NCBI GenBank assembly: GCA_021108405.1
Contig: JAIOQW010000163.1
Span: forward strand, 1 to 59,049
DNA: 59,049 bases
Source of the DNA: Methanosarcinales archaeon
Lineage (GTDB): Archaea > Halobacteriota > Methanosarcinia > Methanosarcinales > Methanocomedenaceae
Direction: 5' to 3'
Below the pieces are notes generated by a model, which saw only the letters and a list, made by a program, of their open reading frames with translations, did no database searches and was not told the DNA's origin. Each line of letters begins with the position of its first letter. Positions within the stretch are counted from its first letter, which is position 1. Positions 27,219 to 37,238 of this stretch are shown one piece after another. The position numbers were made by a program, and so were the translations under genes.

Positions 27219-28877
27219 TTGGACGAACAAGAGAGACAGGATACAATAAGTACATCTGAAGTAGAAGAAGAATCCGTATTCTTAAATACATTCAATAATC
27301 TGCGCGGGTATTTCCACAAAGAAAAAATAAGAACACTGCCTGATTATGATCAGGAAGTACATGGATCCCTTATAGAATATGAAGTTCCTGAAGAATATAC
27401 GCAGGTTGAGCAGTACTGGTTAGATGAACCATATGCATTAGTAAGTATTCTGCAAAAAAAAAACCAGATGCTCTATCAAGTAATCGAACCAGCTCTCACT
27501 GTATTTGAAAAAGAGATACTTGAGAGAATATATGATGATCTGCAGGATATACTGACACTGACAGATACCAGTACGGATGTAGATAAATCAACAATACTAC
27601 AAAAAAAAGCACTGACTCTTTTGGATTATTATCATGCATCGCTCGAGGTAGCATCAATTCATAAGATATTATATTATCTGGAACGAAATTTACGCGGTTA
27701 CGATAAACTAAATCCCCTTATCCTGGATCCGAATATAGAAGATATCTCATGCGATGGCAATAATATCCCTATTTTTCTTTATCATATAGCATACCGCAAT
27801 ATAAAAACAAATATTGCTTTTGATGAAACAGAATTGAACTCATTTGTGATCAGGATATGCCAGAAATGCGGTAAGCAAATATCGATCGGCGAGCCAATGA
27901 TAGATGCGACAATGCCTGATGGGTCAAGATTACAGGCAACTCTTGGCAAAGAAGTAACCACACGTGGCAGTTCATTCAGTATACGCAAATTCAGGGGAGA
28001 TCCGATCACACCTATTGACCTGGTCAAATTCAATACATGCGATATTGATATGATAGCATATTTATGGCTTGTAACAGAGAATGGAAAAAGTATACTTTTT
28101 GCAGGAGGTACAGCATCAGGAAAAACATCAATGCTCAATTCTGTTTCCCTGTTCATACCGTCTCTGGTAAAGATAATATCGATCGAAGATACACGTGAAC
28201 TGATGCTACATCATGATAACTGGATAGCCGGACTGTCCAGGGAATCGTTTACAGTAAGCGGTGCAGGAGAAGTTTCCATGTATGATCTGCTGCGGTCAGC
28301 TCTACGCCAGCGTCCTGAATATATAATTGTCGGAGAAGTACGCGGCAAAGAGGCATTAACGCTATTCCAGGCAATGTCTACAGGCCATACTACCTATTCT
28401 ACTATGCATGCAGGTGATGTGCAGACAGTAGTAAGCCGGCTTGAGCATGAGCCTATCAATGTACCGCATGTTATGATGCAGTCGCTTAATATAATCTGTA
28501 TCCAGAAGCAGGTAAATTTAAAAGATGAACGGGTCAGGAGAACAAACAATGTTGTGGAAGTAGCAGGACTTGATCCCAAATCCGGAAATATAAGGATAAA
28601 CGAGTGTTTTCAATGGGATCCGTCAACTGATACCTTCAAATTTGCAGGAAATTCTATTATACTGGATAATATCATGTTCTCAAGAGGGTGGGATAAAGAT
28701 ACACTTTTAAATGAACTTAACAATCGCAAGAAGATACTTGCATATATGTGTGATAAGAATATGCGGGATTTTATCAGCGTATCAATGGTTGTACAGGCCT
28801 ATTCTGTAAATCCGGAATTAGTATTAAATGAAATTGAAAATGACACGTTGCAGGAAATGTTCTCACATAGTATTTAA
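27219..28877 (+). CDS. Type IV pilus assembly ATPase (TadA/VirB11/ArlI-like)
   Basis: IEDISCDG, GGTASGKT, IEDTREL, LRQRPEYIIVGEVRG, TGH..STMHA. Confidence 0.95.
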   Translation: MDEQERQDTISTSEVEEESVFLNTFNNLRGYFHKEKIRTLPDYDQEVHGSLIEYEVPEEYTQVEQYWLDEPYALVSILQKKNQMLYQVIEPALTVFEKEILERIYDDLQDILTLTDTSTDVDKSTILQKKALTLLDYYHASLEVASIHKILYYLERNLRGYDKLNPLILDPNIEDISCDGNNIPIFLYHIAYRNIKTNIAFDETELNSFVIRICQKCGKQISIGEPMIDATMPDGSRLQATLGKEVTTRGSSFSIRKFRGDPITPIDLVKFNTCDIDMIAYLWLVTENGKSILFAGGTASGKTSMLNSVSLFIPSLVKIISIEDTRELMLHHDNWIAGLSRESFTVSGAGEVSMYDLLRSALRQRPEYIIVGEVRGKEALTLFQAMSTGHTTYSTMHAGDVQTVVSRLEHEPINVPHVMMQSLNIICIQKQVNLKDERVRRTNNVVEVAGLDPKSGNIRINECFQWDPSTDTFKFAGNSIILDNIMFSRGWDKDTLLNELNNRKKILAYMCDKNMRDFISVSMVVQAYSVNPELVLNEIENDTLQEMFSHSI

Positions 28878-28892
28878 TTAAAGGGTTGGACC

Positions 28893-30881
28893 ATGAGCTT
28901 TCTAAGCAGTACGGCAGATCGAATATTTAGCCACGATATATATAAATATGTACAAAGATACAGCAATCTGCAATCAAATATACGCAAGGCGCATATACCC
29001 GTACCTGTAGAATCATATGTATCGCGTGCTTATCTCTATTCCATACTGATAGGAATTATTGCAGGAATTATTGGTTTTCTGTCTGTAATGTATATTTTAG
29101 ATATTAAAGGCGCTCCGGTCGTTAATTTGGGTACAGGAACTTTATCAGGATGGATGGAGGTTCATATATTTGAACTCACTTCGCTTGCATCCGGGATAGT
29201 TGCCTCTTTAGTGTTTTTCCGTATCACATATCTTGTTTATAACCTTGTCCCTGCAGTTAAATCATCAGTTAACCAGTCAGCTATTGATCGGTCCTTGCCA
29301 CATGCAGTTTCCTATATGTATGGATTAAGCCGCGGCGGTGGAATGAACCTGTTTGATATATTCAAATCCCTGAGTGGTTATTCACATGTTTATGGTGCAA
29401 GCGCCGAAGAAGTGGGGTATGTCGTAAGAGATATGTCATATCTCGGACAGGATCTGCTTACTGCTCTTGGAAATGCCACTATAAGGACATCATCTGAGAA
29501 ATACAAGGATTTTATAGATGGCCTGGTTTCCATTGTTTCAAGCGGAGGTGATACTACAGCATACCTGAAAAATAAAACAGAGCAGTACCGTCTTATTTCA
29601 AGTATAGAACAAAAATTCTTTATGGAAAAACTGGGAATGCTGGCAGAGGTATATATTTCTATCTTTGTGGTTGGTCCCCTGTTTCTTGTGACAATACTTG
29701 TTGTACTTGGTATTATAGGATCGACAGCTACCCAGTTACTATATTTCGTGATATATATAATGATCCCGTTCGGGAGTTTGCTTTTTTTACTGGTATTAGA
29801 GGTAATTGTGGGTGGTGATGAAAAACTTACCTTTGCATATAAAACTAAAAAAAAACTCAATGTCTTTAATGATATTAATGTAAAACCTGAATCAGAGGAT
29901 GATATCAAACGTATACGCCAGATGTATTTTTATGAAAAATTATCCGGATTTATTTATGCATTGTCGCATCCGTTTAAGAATTTATCTGAGAAACCTGCCA
30001 ATACATTTTATTTAACTATCCCGTTAGGTCTGGGGATATTACTACCTATCATATATGCAAAGCTTGCCAGTGAAGGGGTAAATTTACACGATATGCTTTT
30101 CAATGTTGGAAATGTTGATATTGTTGGTAATATTAGCCAGAGTATTTTCGCTAAACTGGATAATTATGTGTTTTACTATCTATTGATCATATTATTTCCG
30201 TATATCTTCTTTTACGAACTTCGAAGTCGCAGAATAAACCGTATCGAAGACCAGATCCCGGAATTCATTAAACGACTGGCAAGTATCAATGAAGCAGGAA
30301 TATTATTAATAGATGCAATTGCTTTAGTAGCGCGCTCAAAGATCGGAATACTGCACTCTGAAATAAGTAGAGTGGTAGAAGATATTTCATGGGGAACAAA
30401 TCTCTCGGATGCACTGCAAAAATTTGAATACCGCGTACGAACAGATATGACAGCCCGTATTATCACTTTGATTATAAAAGCCAGTGAATCAACCAATGAT
30501 GTTAGAAGCGTGCTCGCTATAGCGGCCACTGATGCTAATATCCAGAAACAATTGAAAAAAGAACGCTCAAATGAGATGCTTATATATGTATTTATAATTT
30601 ATATAGCATTCTTTGTATTTTTATTCATCATATATGTGCTTGCAGTGAATTTTCTATCAAATATTCCATCATCACTTGATGAAGTAGCAGAAGGTATGCC
30701 TATGGTTGCTGATTTTAATATTGATGAATATACCATGCTCTTCTTCCACGCTTCAATGATACAGGGATTCTGTTCCGGATTAATTGCAGGAAAGATGGGA
30801 AGCGGGCATATAGCAGCAGGACTGAAGCATTCTATGCTCATGATGTTGATCGCTTATGGTGTATTTATGTTTTTGATCTGA
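28893..30881 (+). CDS. Type IV pilus membrane platform protein, fused TadB/TadC (two T2SSF domains)
   Basis: IDRSLPHAVSYMYGLSRGG and IEDQIPEFIKRLASINEAG repeats; multiple TM; AAGLKHS. Confidence 0.9.
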   Translation: MSFLSSTADRIFSHDIYKYVQRYSNLQSNIRKAHIPVPVESYVSRAYLYSILIGIIAGIIGFLSVMYILDIKGAPVVNLGTGTLSGWMEVHIFELTSLASGIVASLVFFRITYLVYNLVPAVKSSVNQSAIDRSLPHAVSYMYGLSRGGGMNLFDIFKSLSGYSHVYGASAEEVGYVVRDMSYLGQDLLTALGNATIRTSSEKYKDFIDGLVSIVSSGGDTTAYLKNKTEQYRLISSIEQKFFMEKLGMLAEVYISIFVVGPLFLVTILVVLGIIGSTATQLLYFVIYIMIPFGSLLFLLVLEVIVGGDEKLTFAYKTKKKLNVFNDINVKPESEDDIKRIRQMYFYEKLSGFIYALSHPFKNLSEKPANTFYLTIPLGLGILLPIIYAKLASEGVNLHDMLFNVGNVDIVGNISQSIFAKLDNYVFYYLLIILFPYIFFYELRSRRINRIEDQIPEFIKRLASINEAGILLIDAIALVARSKIGILHSEISRVVEDISWGTNLSDALQKFEYRVRTDMTARIITLIIKASESTNDVRSVLAIAATDANIQKQLKKERSNEMLIYVFIIYIAFFVFLFIIYVLAVNFLSNIPSSLDEVAEGMPMVADFNIDEYTMLFFHASMIQGFCSGLIAGKMGSGHIAAGLKHSMLMMLIAYGVFMFLI

Positions 30882-30893
30882 AAAATTATAATT

Positions 30894-33800
30894 GTGGAGA
30901 TAATGACAGGACAACGACCATTTACCCAAAATTGTGAAGCAATGTCTGATATTATTGGAGAGCTGCTTATGATGTCAATTGCTGTTCTTGCTTTTGGTGT
31001 AATAGCAATGCTGGTACTTTCATATATGGAGCCTTCAGATACACTGCACATAGATATTGATGGGTGGGTAGATGTAGGTACTGATACTGTTTATCTTAGG
31101 CACTATGGTGGTGAGTCTGTTGGTTGTAGCGATATTCAAATACGACTGGATATTGATGGTGTGACCAGGGAACTATCATCAGATAATATATCAGCTATTC
31201 TTGGTAGCAGTTACTGGGAGCTTGGGGGTATAATTAATATTAATACCTCTGATATGTGGAATATTACCATTAATACAGATAGTTCGGTCAATTCACTTAT
31301 TATTGCTGATATACCAAATGTTATTGTATTCAAGGGAACACTTCTCGGAGAAGAAATGGCTATTGCGCAGATGCCGACACCAACACCAACGCCAACTCCG
31401 GGTGTAGGATGCCCTCTTTCATGGTGGAGATTTGATGAAAGCAGCGGCAATACAATCGAAGATTCAGCATACGGTAATAATGACGGAACAATGGACGGTG
31501 CAAAATGGGTGCCAGGCATCAGTGGTTCTGCGTTGAGATTCTATGGAACTTCGGGTGATAAAATTTGTAGTGAGTATGTTACTTGTGGGGATAATGCGAA
31601 TTTACGGTTTACAGACGGGTTTACGCTTGAAGCATGGGTAAAATTGAATTCGAGTCAATTAGACTCTGAGTATGGTAGAATCGTAGACAAATTTAGTTCT
31701 CCTGTCGTTCCCCCCCGCTCTCCTGCTCCTGGAAAGGGATACAGCATGAATAGATACTGGGGGTATGACACGGTCCTTCTGGAGTTTTATGCAGATGATG
31801 TCAATCATACTCATTACTGGACAAATAGTACCACGATCATCACCGACGATACATGGCATTACGTGGTCGGGACATACGATGGTACATTGTTAAAGGTCTA
31901 TATCGATGGAATTCTCGAAGGTCAAAATGATACCGGAGGGAAAAACATCAGCATCTCTTCACATCCTCTGATGATAGGATGCTCTGATGATGATAATAAA
32001 ACACAAATAATTAAAGGGGTGATCGACGAAGTAGCGGTATGCGGTGAAGCGTTAACTGCAAATGAGATCCTGGAAAAATACAACAATTCAAAACCAAATA
32101 GAGATCCCATCTCATGGTGGAAATTTAATGAAAACAGCGGTTCAACAGTTATTGACTGCATCGACGGCAATGATGGAACGATTCACGGAGCACAGCGAAC
32201 AACAGGCGTTGAAGGTGGGGCTCTGTTCTTTAATGGTAGTAATTATGTCTCTGTACCTGTTGCTGAAAACCTGAATATGGGCAACTCGGATTATACCATA
32301 GAGGTCTGGGCATGGGTTGATGAATCTGTTTCCTATTCAGACGAAAAGATGCTTGTGGAGTACGGTGTCTGGTGGCCAGCGGATAATTCCTATCGAAATG
32401 GAACCTACCAGATTACATCAATGAATGATACCAATTTCAAGACGAACTTTGTTGGAAGAGATAGTGCAAATGGAAGTGAATGCAATGTCAACTGGACAGA
32501 TTCAAACTGGCATCATCTGGTAGGTGTGTTTAATGATCGTGAAAATCGTTTATATACCTACTATGATGGAGTGCAGTGTAGTACGACTTTGGAAAATGAT
32601 GCTCCATCTGATAATAATAATCCCCTGTTCTTTGGTTCCCGTAACGGGACTGAGAAGTTCTTCGTCGGAAAATTGGATGATATCAAGATCTATAACGTAT
32701 CCTTGACACCAGAAGAGATTCAGGAGCACTACAATTCTGGCAAACCCAAAGCAGAGATGGTGGCACAGTGGCACCTCGACGAGAACACGGGCGCAACTGC
32801 GTACGACTCGAAAGGCAGCAACAATGGAACTATTACAAATGCGACATGGACAACATGCGTAAGAGGTTCTGCGCTTAGCTTTGACGGAGACGGTGACTAT
32901 GTGACCATTCCTGATGACCCGTCCCTCAACTTAACCGACGGGCTCACATTGATGGCATGGATAAATACGGGTGGCAGCGACTCGACTAACCGTCCCAGGA
33001 TCATCAGTAAACGATCAGGGGGGCCGTATGAACTGGTACTCATCAACGAGAGTGGTCACATCCAACTGGTGCTCAACGATACTGATGGGACTGCTCACTA
33101 CCTCGAGTCATCAACAAATGTGATGGACGATACATGGCATCTTGTCACAGGAGTGTGGGACGCAACAACGATGCGAATATACATAGATGGCGAACAAGAG
33201 CGTACTCTTGGCTTCTCTGGCACGTTGAAGACAAGCAATGACAGCGTCCTCATAGGAGCTCAGAACGAGTGGGATTTCTTTAATGGATTGATCGGTGAAG
33301 TTACGATTTATAGCGGTTCATTAGCTGCCAATGAGATCAAGACATACTATGACGAGTCGAAACCCACGTATGTACTTACTCCCGTCTCCTTGTGGCACTT
33401 TGATGAGAATTCAGGAACTACAGCCACCGATTCTGAGGATAGCAATAACGGAACAATCAGCGCTTCAGGCTTGTGGGTATCGGGTATCAATGGTTCTGCC
33501 CTGGACCTCGAGGCGGATTCTTACAATTATATAAATATTAACCATAATAATAATCTTGATATCACAAGTAACATCACAATTGAAGCATGGGTGAAACCTG
33601 AATCGCTTGGTGATTGGGATGAGATTGTCTCAAAAAGGAATGATCAAACCGGATATGCAAATTATATTCTGAGATTCAGTAACACAGGCGCACTCCAATT
33701 CTATTGGAAAAATAGCGGGTGGCAGGTATATACTGCAGATGGCTCGTATAATACTGGACAGTGGTATCATATCATAGCGACAAAGAGTGGAACTGCCCTG

Positions 33801-34037
33801 CCAGTGATATATATCAACGGCAGTGAAGTTTCAGGTAGTTGCACTTATTCCGAAAATAGTTGCGATTGCCTAAATGCGATGTTATCAGATTCAAATGACC
33901 TGAATATCGGTGCAGGAATTGGCGATCTTGGCAGTCCTGATTGGTTTTTTGATGGAATTATAGATGAGGTATCGATCTACGATTCAATTCTAACTGCTGA
34001 TGAGGTTCTTACGCGATATAATGACAATAAACCTTGA
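30894..34037 (+). CDS. Archaeal type IV pilin (Pilin_N) fused to four LamG/concanavalin domains; putative adhesin
   Basis: Class III signal EA|MSDIIGELLM; LRHYGGE; PTPTPT linker; four W.FDE..G / WHH..G / GIIDEV repeats. Confidence 0.9.
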   Translation: MEIMTGQRPFTQNCEAMSDIIGELLMMSIAVLAFGVIAMLVLSYMEPSDTLHIDIDGWVDVGTDTVYLRHYGGESVGCSDIQIRLDIDGVTRELSSDNISAILGSSYWELGGIININTSDMWNITINTDSSVNSLIIADIPNVIVFKGTLLGEEMAIAQMPTPTPTPTPGVGCPLSWWRFDESSGNTIEDSAYGNNDGTMDGAKWVPGISGSALRFYGTSGDKICSEYVTCGDNANLRFTDGFTLEAWVKLNSSQLDSEYGRIVDKFSSPVVPPRSPAPGKGYSMNRYWGYDTVLLEFYADDVNHTHYWTNSTTIITDDTWHYVVGTYDGTLLKVYIDGILEGQNDTGGKNISISSHPLMIGCSDDDNKTQIIKGVIDEVAVCGEALTANEILEKYNNSKPNRDPISWWKFNENSGSTVIDCIDGNDGTIHGAQRTTGVEGGALFFNGSNYVSVPVAENLNMGNSDYTIEVWAWVDESVSYSDEKMLVEYGVWWPADNSYRNGTYQITSMNDTNFKTNFVGRDSANGSECNVNWTDSNWHHLVGVFNDRENRLYTYYDGVQCSTTLENDAPSDNNNPLFFGSRNGTEKFFVGKLDDIKIYNVSLTPEEIQEHYNSGKPKAEMVAQWHLDENTGATAYDSKGSNNGTITNATWTTCVRGSALSFDGDGDYVTIPDDPSLNLTDGLTLMAWINTGGSDSTNRPRIISKRSGGPYELVLINESGHIQLVLNDTDGTAHYLESSTNVMDDTWHLVTGVWDATTMRIYIDGEQERTLGFSGTLKTSNDSVLIGAQNEWDFFNGLIGEVTIYSGSLAANEIKTYYDESKPTYVLTPVSLWHFDENSGTTATDSEDSNNGTISASGLWVSGINGSALDLEADSYNYININHNNNLDITSNITIEAWVKPESLGDWDEIVSKRNDQTGYANYILRFSNTGALQFYWKNSGWQVYTADGSYNTGQWYHIIATKSGTALPVIYINGSEVSGSCTYSENSCDCLNAMLSDSNDLNIGAGIGDLGSPDWFFDGIIDEVSIYDSILTADEVLTRYNDNKP

Positions 34038-34158
34038 TTAGGTGGGAGTAGATGCTAATGATTCGAAATACCACAATGATCAGTCAGTCAATGGCACTAT
34101 TTGAACAACAAATATCAGTAGTTTTACCCTTATATCTTAACAGGAAGTATAGTATATC

Positions 34159-35067
34159 ATGAAACTTAAGTCATTTACCAGATCAGATACTGCAATTTCA
34201 ACAGTCATGTCAGTAGTGCTGATATTAGGTCTGATAGTAGCAGTTTTATCCACCTATCATGTGTATTATGTCCCGGCATGGAAAACAGACGCAGAACATT
34301 CACATATGGATAATGCATGGGAAGATATGGCAGATCTTAAATCACATATGGATATATTGTTGGCTGTTCTTGCTGTTAATAATGAGACTACAATACCAAT
34401 GAGTATTCCGGTTACTATGGGTGGAGGGGGTATTCCGGTTATTTCTCCAGGGAAATCAAGCGGTACACTCTCAATTAATATCAATGATTTCGGCATGAAA
34501 ATTAAGGCAATGAATGGAACTACAACGGTATATGATAGTGAAAGTGATAGCAATAAATCACTGATGAATCTCGGTGCGATCAGTTACAGCTCAGGTAATA
34601 ATTATTATATTAACCAGTTATTTGAGTATGAGAACGGGGCTTTAATGATGGTGCAACAAAATAAATCCCTTATAAAACTCTCACCAGGGATTATATTACA
34701 GCGTGTAAATGAATCAAACCTTAGCATTGTGATCAATGCAGTGAAACTTATCAGTCCTGGCCGGTGTATTAGTAGTACTGCAATCGAAGAGATTAAATTA
34801 TCTTCCAACACATCAGAAGAATTATATTCAAACCACGGAAATATTTCAGAAGTTGGTATTACTATATATACAGCATATCCCGGTGCCTGGGAAGTGTATT
34901 TTAATACATCTGCTCAGAGTGGAAATCTTGAATACGGTCTTCTTAACGATTACACTTTATCGTCTGATAACACATCAGTAAGATTGATAGTGACCGGGGA
35001 GGCGAATGATAATATTCTACTCAATGTTAACAGGAATATAATTGATGTATCTATTGGGAATATGTAA
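34159..35067 (+). CDS. Minor pilin-like protein (class III signal peptide)
   Basis: RSDTA|ISTVMSVVLILG; VPAW..AEHSHM; YENGAL. Confidence 0.8.
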   Translation: MKLKSFTRSDTAISTVMSVVLILGLIVAVLSTYHVYYVPAWKTDAEHSHMDNAWEDMADLKSHMDILLAVLAVNNETTIPMSIPVTMGGGGIPVISPGKSSGTLSININDFGMKIKAMNGTTTVYDSESDSNKSLMNLGAISYSSGNNYYINQLFEYENGALMMVQQNKSLIKLSPGIILQRVNESNLSIVINAVKLISPGRCISSTAIEEIKLSSNTSEELYSNHGNISEVGITIYTAYPGAWEVYFNTSAQSGNLEYGLLNDYTLSSDNTSVRLIVTGEANDNILLNVNRNIIDVSIGNM

Positions 35068-35099
35068 CTGACATTTCTATAAAATTCAAGAGATATCTT

Positions 35100-35630
35100 A
35101 TGAAAAGAAGTTTGCAGCTTTTGATACGAAATTGCGCCGCAATATCAGGGATCATAGGAGAACTATTAATGGTAGGTATTGTGGTTCTTGCGTTCGGTAT
35201 AACTACAGTATTAGTGCTGTCATCCCTGCAACCTTCGCAGGAGCAATTTACTGACATAGAAGGATGGGCGGATGTTGAGAAAGATACCATCTATTTCAGG
35301 CACAGTGGCGGCGAGGTAGTCAGTACTGAAGAGATTCGCATAATTGTTGATTTAAACGGGACCAGATATGAACTCTCATCTGATAATGTGACTGCGATCC
35401 TGGGCAGCAGTATGTGGGAGTTATCCGATACTATTGTTATTAATACATCTGATCTATGGGGAGTTACGATAGAAGATGATGATTATATAGATGCATCTAT
35501 TGTTCATACCGGTTTTTCAAGTATGATAAAAACCGGTGTTATTCTTTAAGGGGACACAGGTGCTTCCACAGAGCCACCTGCGCCGCCTGATCCTGGAGAA
35601 TACACGGGGATGGTCTCTTAGTGGCACATG
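35100..35630 (+). pseudogene. Pilin paralog (ORF 35100-35549) with decayed linker and LamG start downstream
   Basis: Homologous to the N-terminus of 30894; past TAA the frame continues GDTGASTEPPAPPDPGEYTGMVS*WHM. Confidence 0.7.
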
Positions 35631-35722
35631 AGGGATATCTTCAAGTCCGGTTCTGTGAGGGGACTTATAGTAACCTTGGGGCTACTACCTCATCAAGAGG
35701 TGCGCTATGAGCTCTACTCGAC
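35628..35722 (+). mobile_element. Group II intron 3' remnant (partial domain V + domain VI)
   Basis: ATGAGGGATATCTTCAAGTCCGGTTCTGTGAGGGG resembles the 3' part of domain V; TTATAG..CTATGA stem; ends CTACTCGAC. Confidence 0.75.
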
Positions 35723-35733
35723 ATTTTATTCCC

Positions 35734-36459
35734 CTACTTTTTGAAATGGATACGGTTTTTTGTATTAATTCCCAGAACATCCTTCGGATGATCCAGCACA
35801 TTGATCTCATCAAGTTCTTTCAAGATTTGGACATTCCTGGAATCCAGGTCCCTAACCCGAAGTATCACTTCACCGCCCTTAACGGCACCATGCTGGCAGA
35901 GCTCTACGCAATTGCCGCATCCATTACACAACAGTAGGTCTATCTGGGGTTCATCTGTAATAGCCTGTTTCGGACACTGGTCCCTGGGTGGACATATATC
36001 ACATTGCTTGCATATATCCCTATCAATATTAAAGGGAAGTTCCGAGTGTATCACGCCTGATATATCCACAGGTACTACATATACCGGCACGCTTCCTTTT
36101 ACTGCCTGGGTTACAACATTGGTAACTAATGTATCTGCAATACCATGGGCGATCTTTGCTATTGAATTGGATGTGACCGGTGTCACCACAAGAGCGTCAT
36201 ATTTGTCCATTAAAAATCTGCCTATCTTCGGACAACTGTAACCTTGATCTTTTTCAAGAAATATTTCTTCCATATATCCGCCTGGGGATATATTGTTCAG
36301 TGATTCGAACAGGCCGTACATCTTTAGTACTTCGTATCCGGCACCTGATATGAATATTGTGACCTTCAGGTCAGGATTGTTATTTTTCAGTTTAAATAAT
36401 GCTTCATAACTTTCCTTAATAAAATGTCCGGCTCCTGTAATTGCCCATGCTATTCTCAT
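35734..36459 (-). CDS. dmrX: Dihydromethanopterin reductase (archaeoflavoprotein with 2x[4Fe-4S])
   Basis: IAWAITGAGH, PVTSNSIAKIAHGIADTLVTN, CKQCDICPP..C, CNGCGNCVELC. Confidence 0.85.
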   Translation of the reverse strand: MRIAWAITGAGHFIKESYEALFKLKNNNPDLKVTIFISGAGYEVLKMYGLFESLNNISPGGYMEEIFLEKDQGYSCPKIGRFLMDKYDALVVTPVTSNSIAKIAHGIADTLVTNVVTQAVKGSVPVYVVPVDISGVIHSELPFNIDRDICKQCDICPPRDQCPKQAITDEPQIDLLLCNGCGNCVELCQHGAVKGGEVILRVRDLDSRNVQILKELDEINVLDHPKDVLGINTKNRIHFKK

Positions 36460-36638
36460 TGTTATTACCTTTTCGAATCCTTACTGGAATATCTTCTTAA
36501 ACTTGTCTTTTGCTGACTGTTTCGATAGAGAGTTTTACTTTGCATGATTTCAATCTCTTAAGTAAGATAAGTTATAAAGGTCTTTGGGTGGGCTTGAATT
36601 AAGTCCCAATACTTTAAGTATTTTATCAACTCTATTTT

Positions 36639-36756
36639 TGTATCCACTTCAAAACAGAGGGTAAAAATGATGGCCACAAAGAACACAGAGATCACAGAGT
36701 TTTTTTCTCTCTGTGCTCTCTGTGCTCTCTGTGGCAGTCATATAGAGTTCCAAATT
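36639..36756. repeat. Dispersed hairpin element (CACAGAG-type), copy 2, inverted relative to 42-147
   Basis: TGTATCCACTTCAAA..ATGATGGCCACAAAGAACACAGAGATCACAGAG..CTCTGTGCTCTCTGTGGCA. Confidence 0.85.
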
Positions 36757-36785
36757 ACACTTGCAGAGTAGTATATACTTGAGAA

Positions 36786-37106
36786 GGCACTATCCTAAAA
36801 ACCAGTTATTTTAATAGAGGATTATTTAAATCGATACTTGCATAGACACGGATACATTCAACTCCTGCGGAGTTGAATGCCTGCAACGCCTAAGGGGCGT
36901 GCAGGTAACACAGATACACTCACCTCCTACGGAGTTGAGTGCCTGCTACGCCTGAAGGGCGTGCAGGTTACACGGATTTAAGGTTGTTGTGGTCGATATT
37001 ATAAGATCCCATTAAGTTTGTGATAGAAGGTATTCGATTAAAATCAAATCCGTGTAAATCTGTGTAAATCCGTGTCTGAAAAATAACTGGAAAATAGTAC
37101 AGTGCC
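36786..37106. mobile_element. 321-bp non-autonomous MITE
   Basis: Imperfect ~28-bp TIRs GGCACT..CCAGTTATTTT / AAAATAACTGG..AGTGCC; 9-bp direct repeat ACTTGAGAA at 36777-36785 and 37107-37115; internal 62-bp tandem. Confidence 0.9.
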
Positions 37107-37238
37107 ACTTGAGAAATATAAAAAATACATTTTATTAACTGCAAACTCTTGAAGTTCTTTAGAATACAATTCAATTTTTTAATCCCATATAGTTAGGTTT
37201 ATATAGTCAACATACATATATTGACATCATTATAATTA

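Noticed and set aside
34040-34105. Possible fifth LamG remnant (DANDSKYHNDQSVNGTI)
   Set aside because: Too short to distinguish from chance
25748-35549. Archaellum operon or circadian clock
   Set aside because: No archaellins or ArlCDE/F/G; KaiC-like proteins are single-domain and there is no KaiA/KaiB
35547-35630. Pyrrolysine read-through of the pilin gene
   Set aside because: The first stop is TAA, and the frame is truncated shortly after the TAG
35719-35732. 14-bp match CGACATTTTATTCC with 41166-41179
   Set aside because: Expected by chance in an AT-rich 59-kb window
36846-36980. Mini-CRISPR or tRNA
   Set aside because: The intervening sequences are near-copies of each other and lie within a MITE; no cloverleaf
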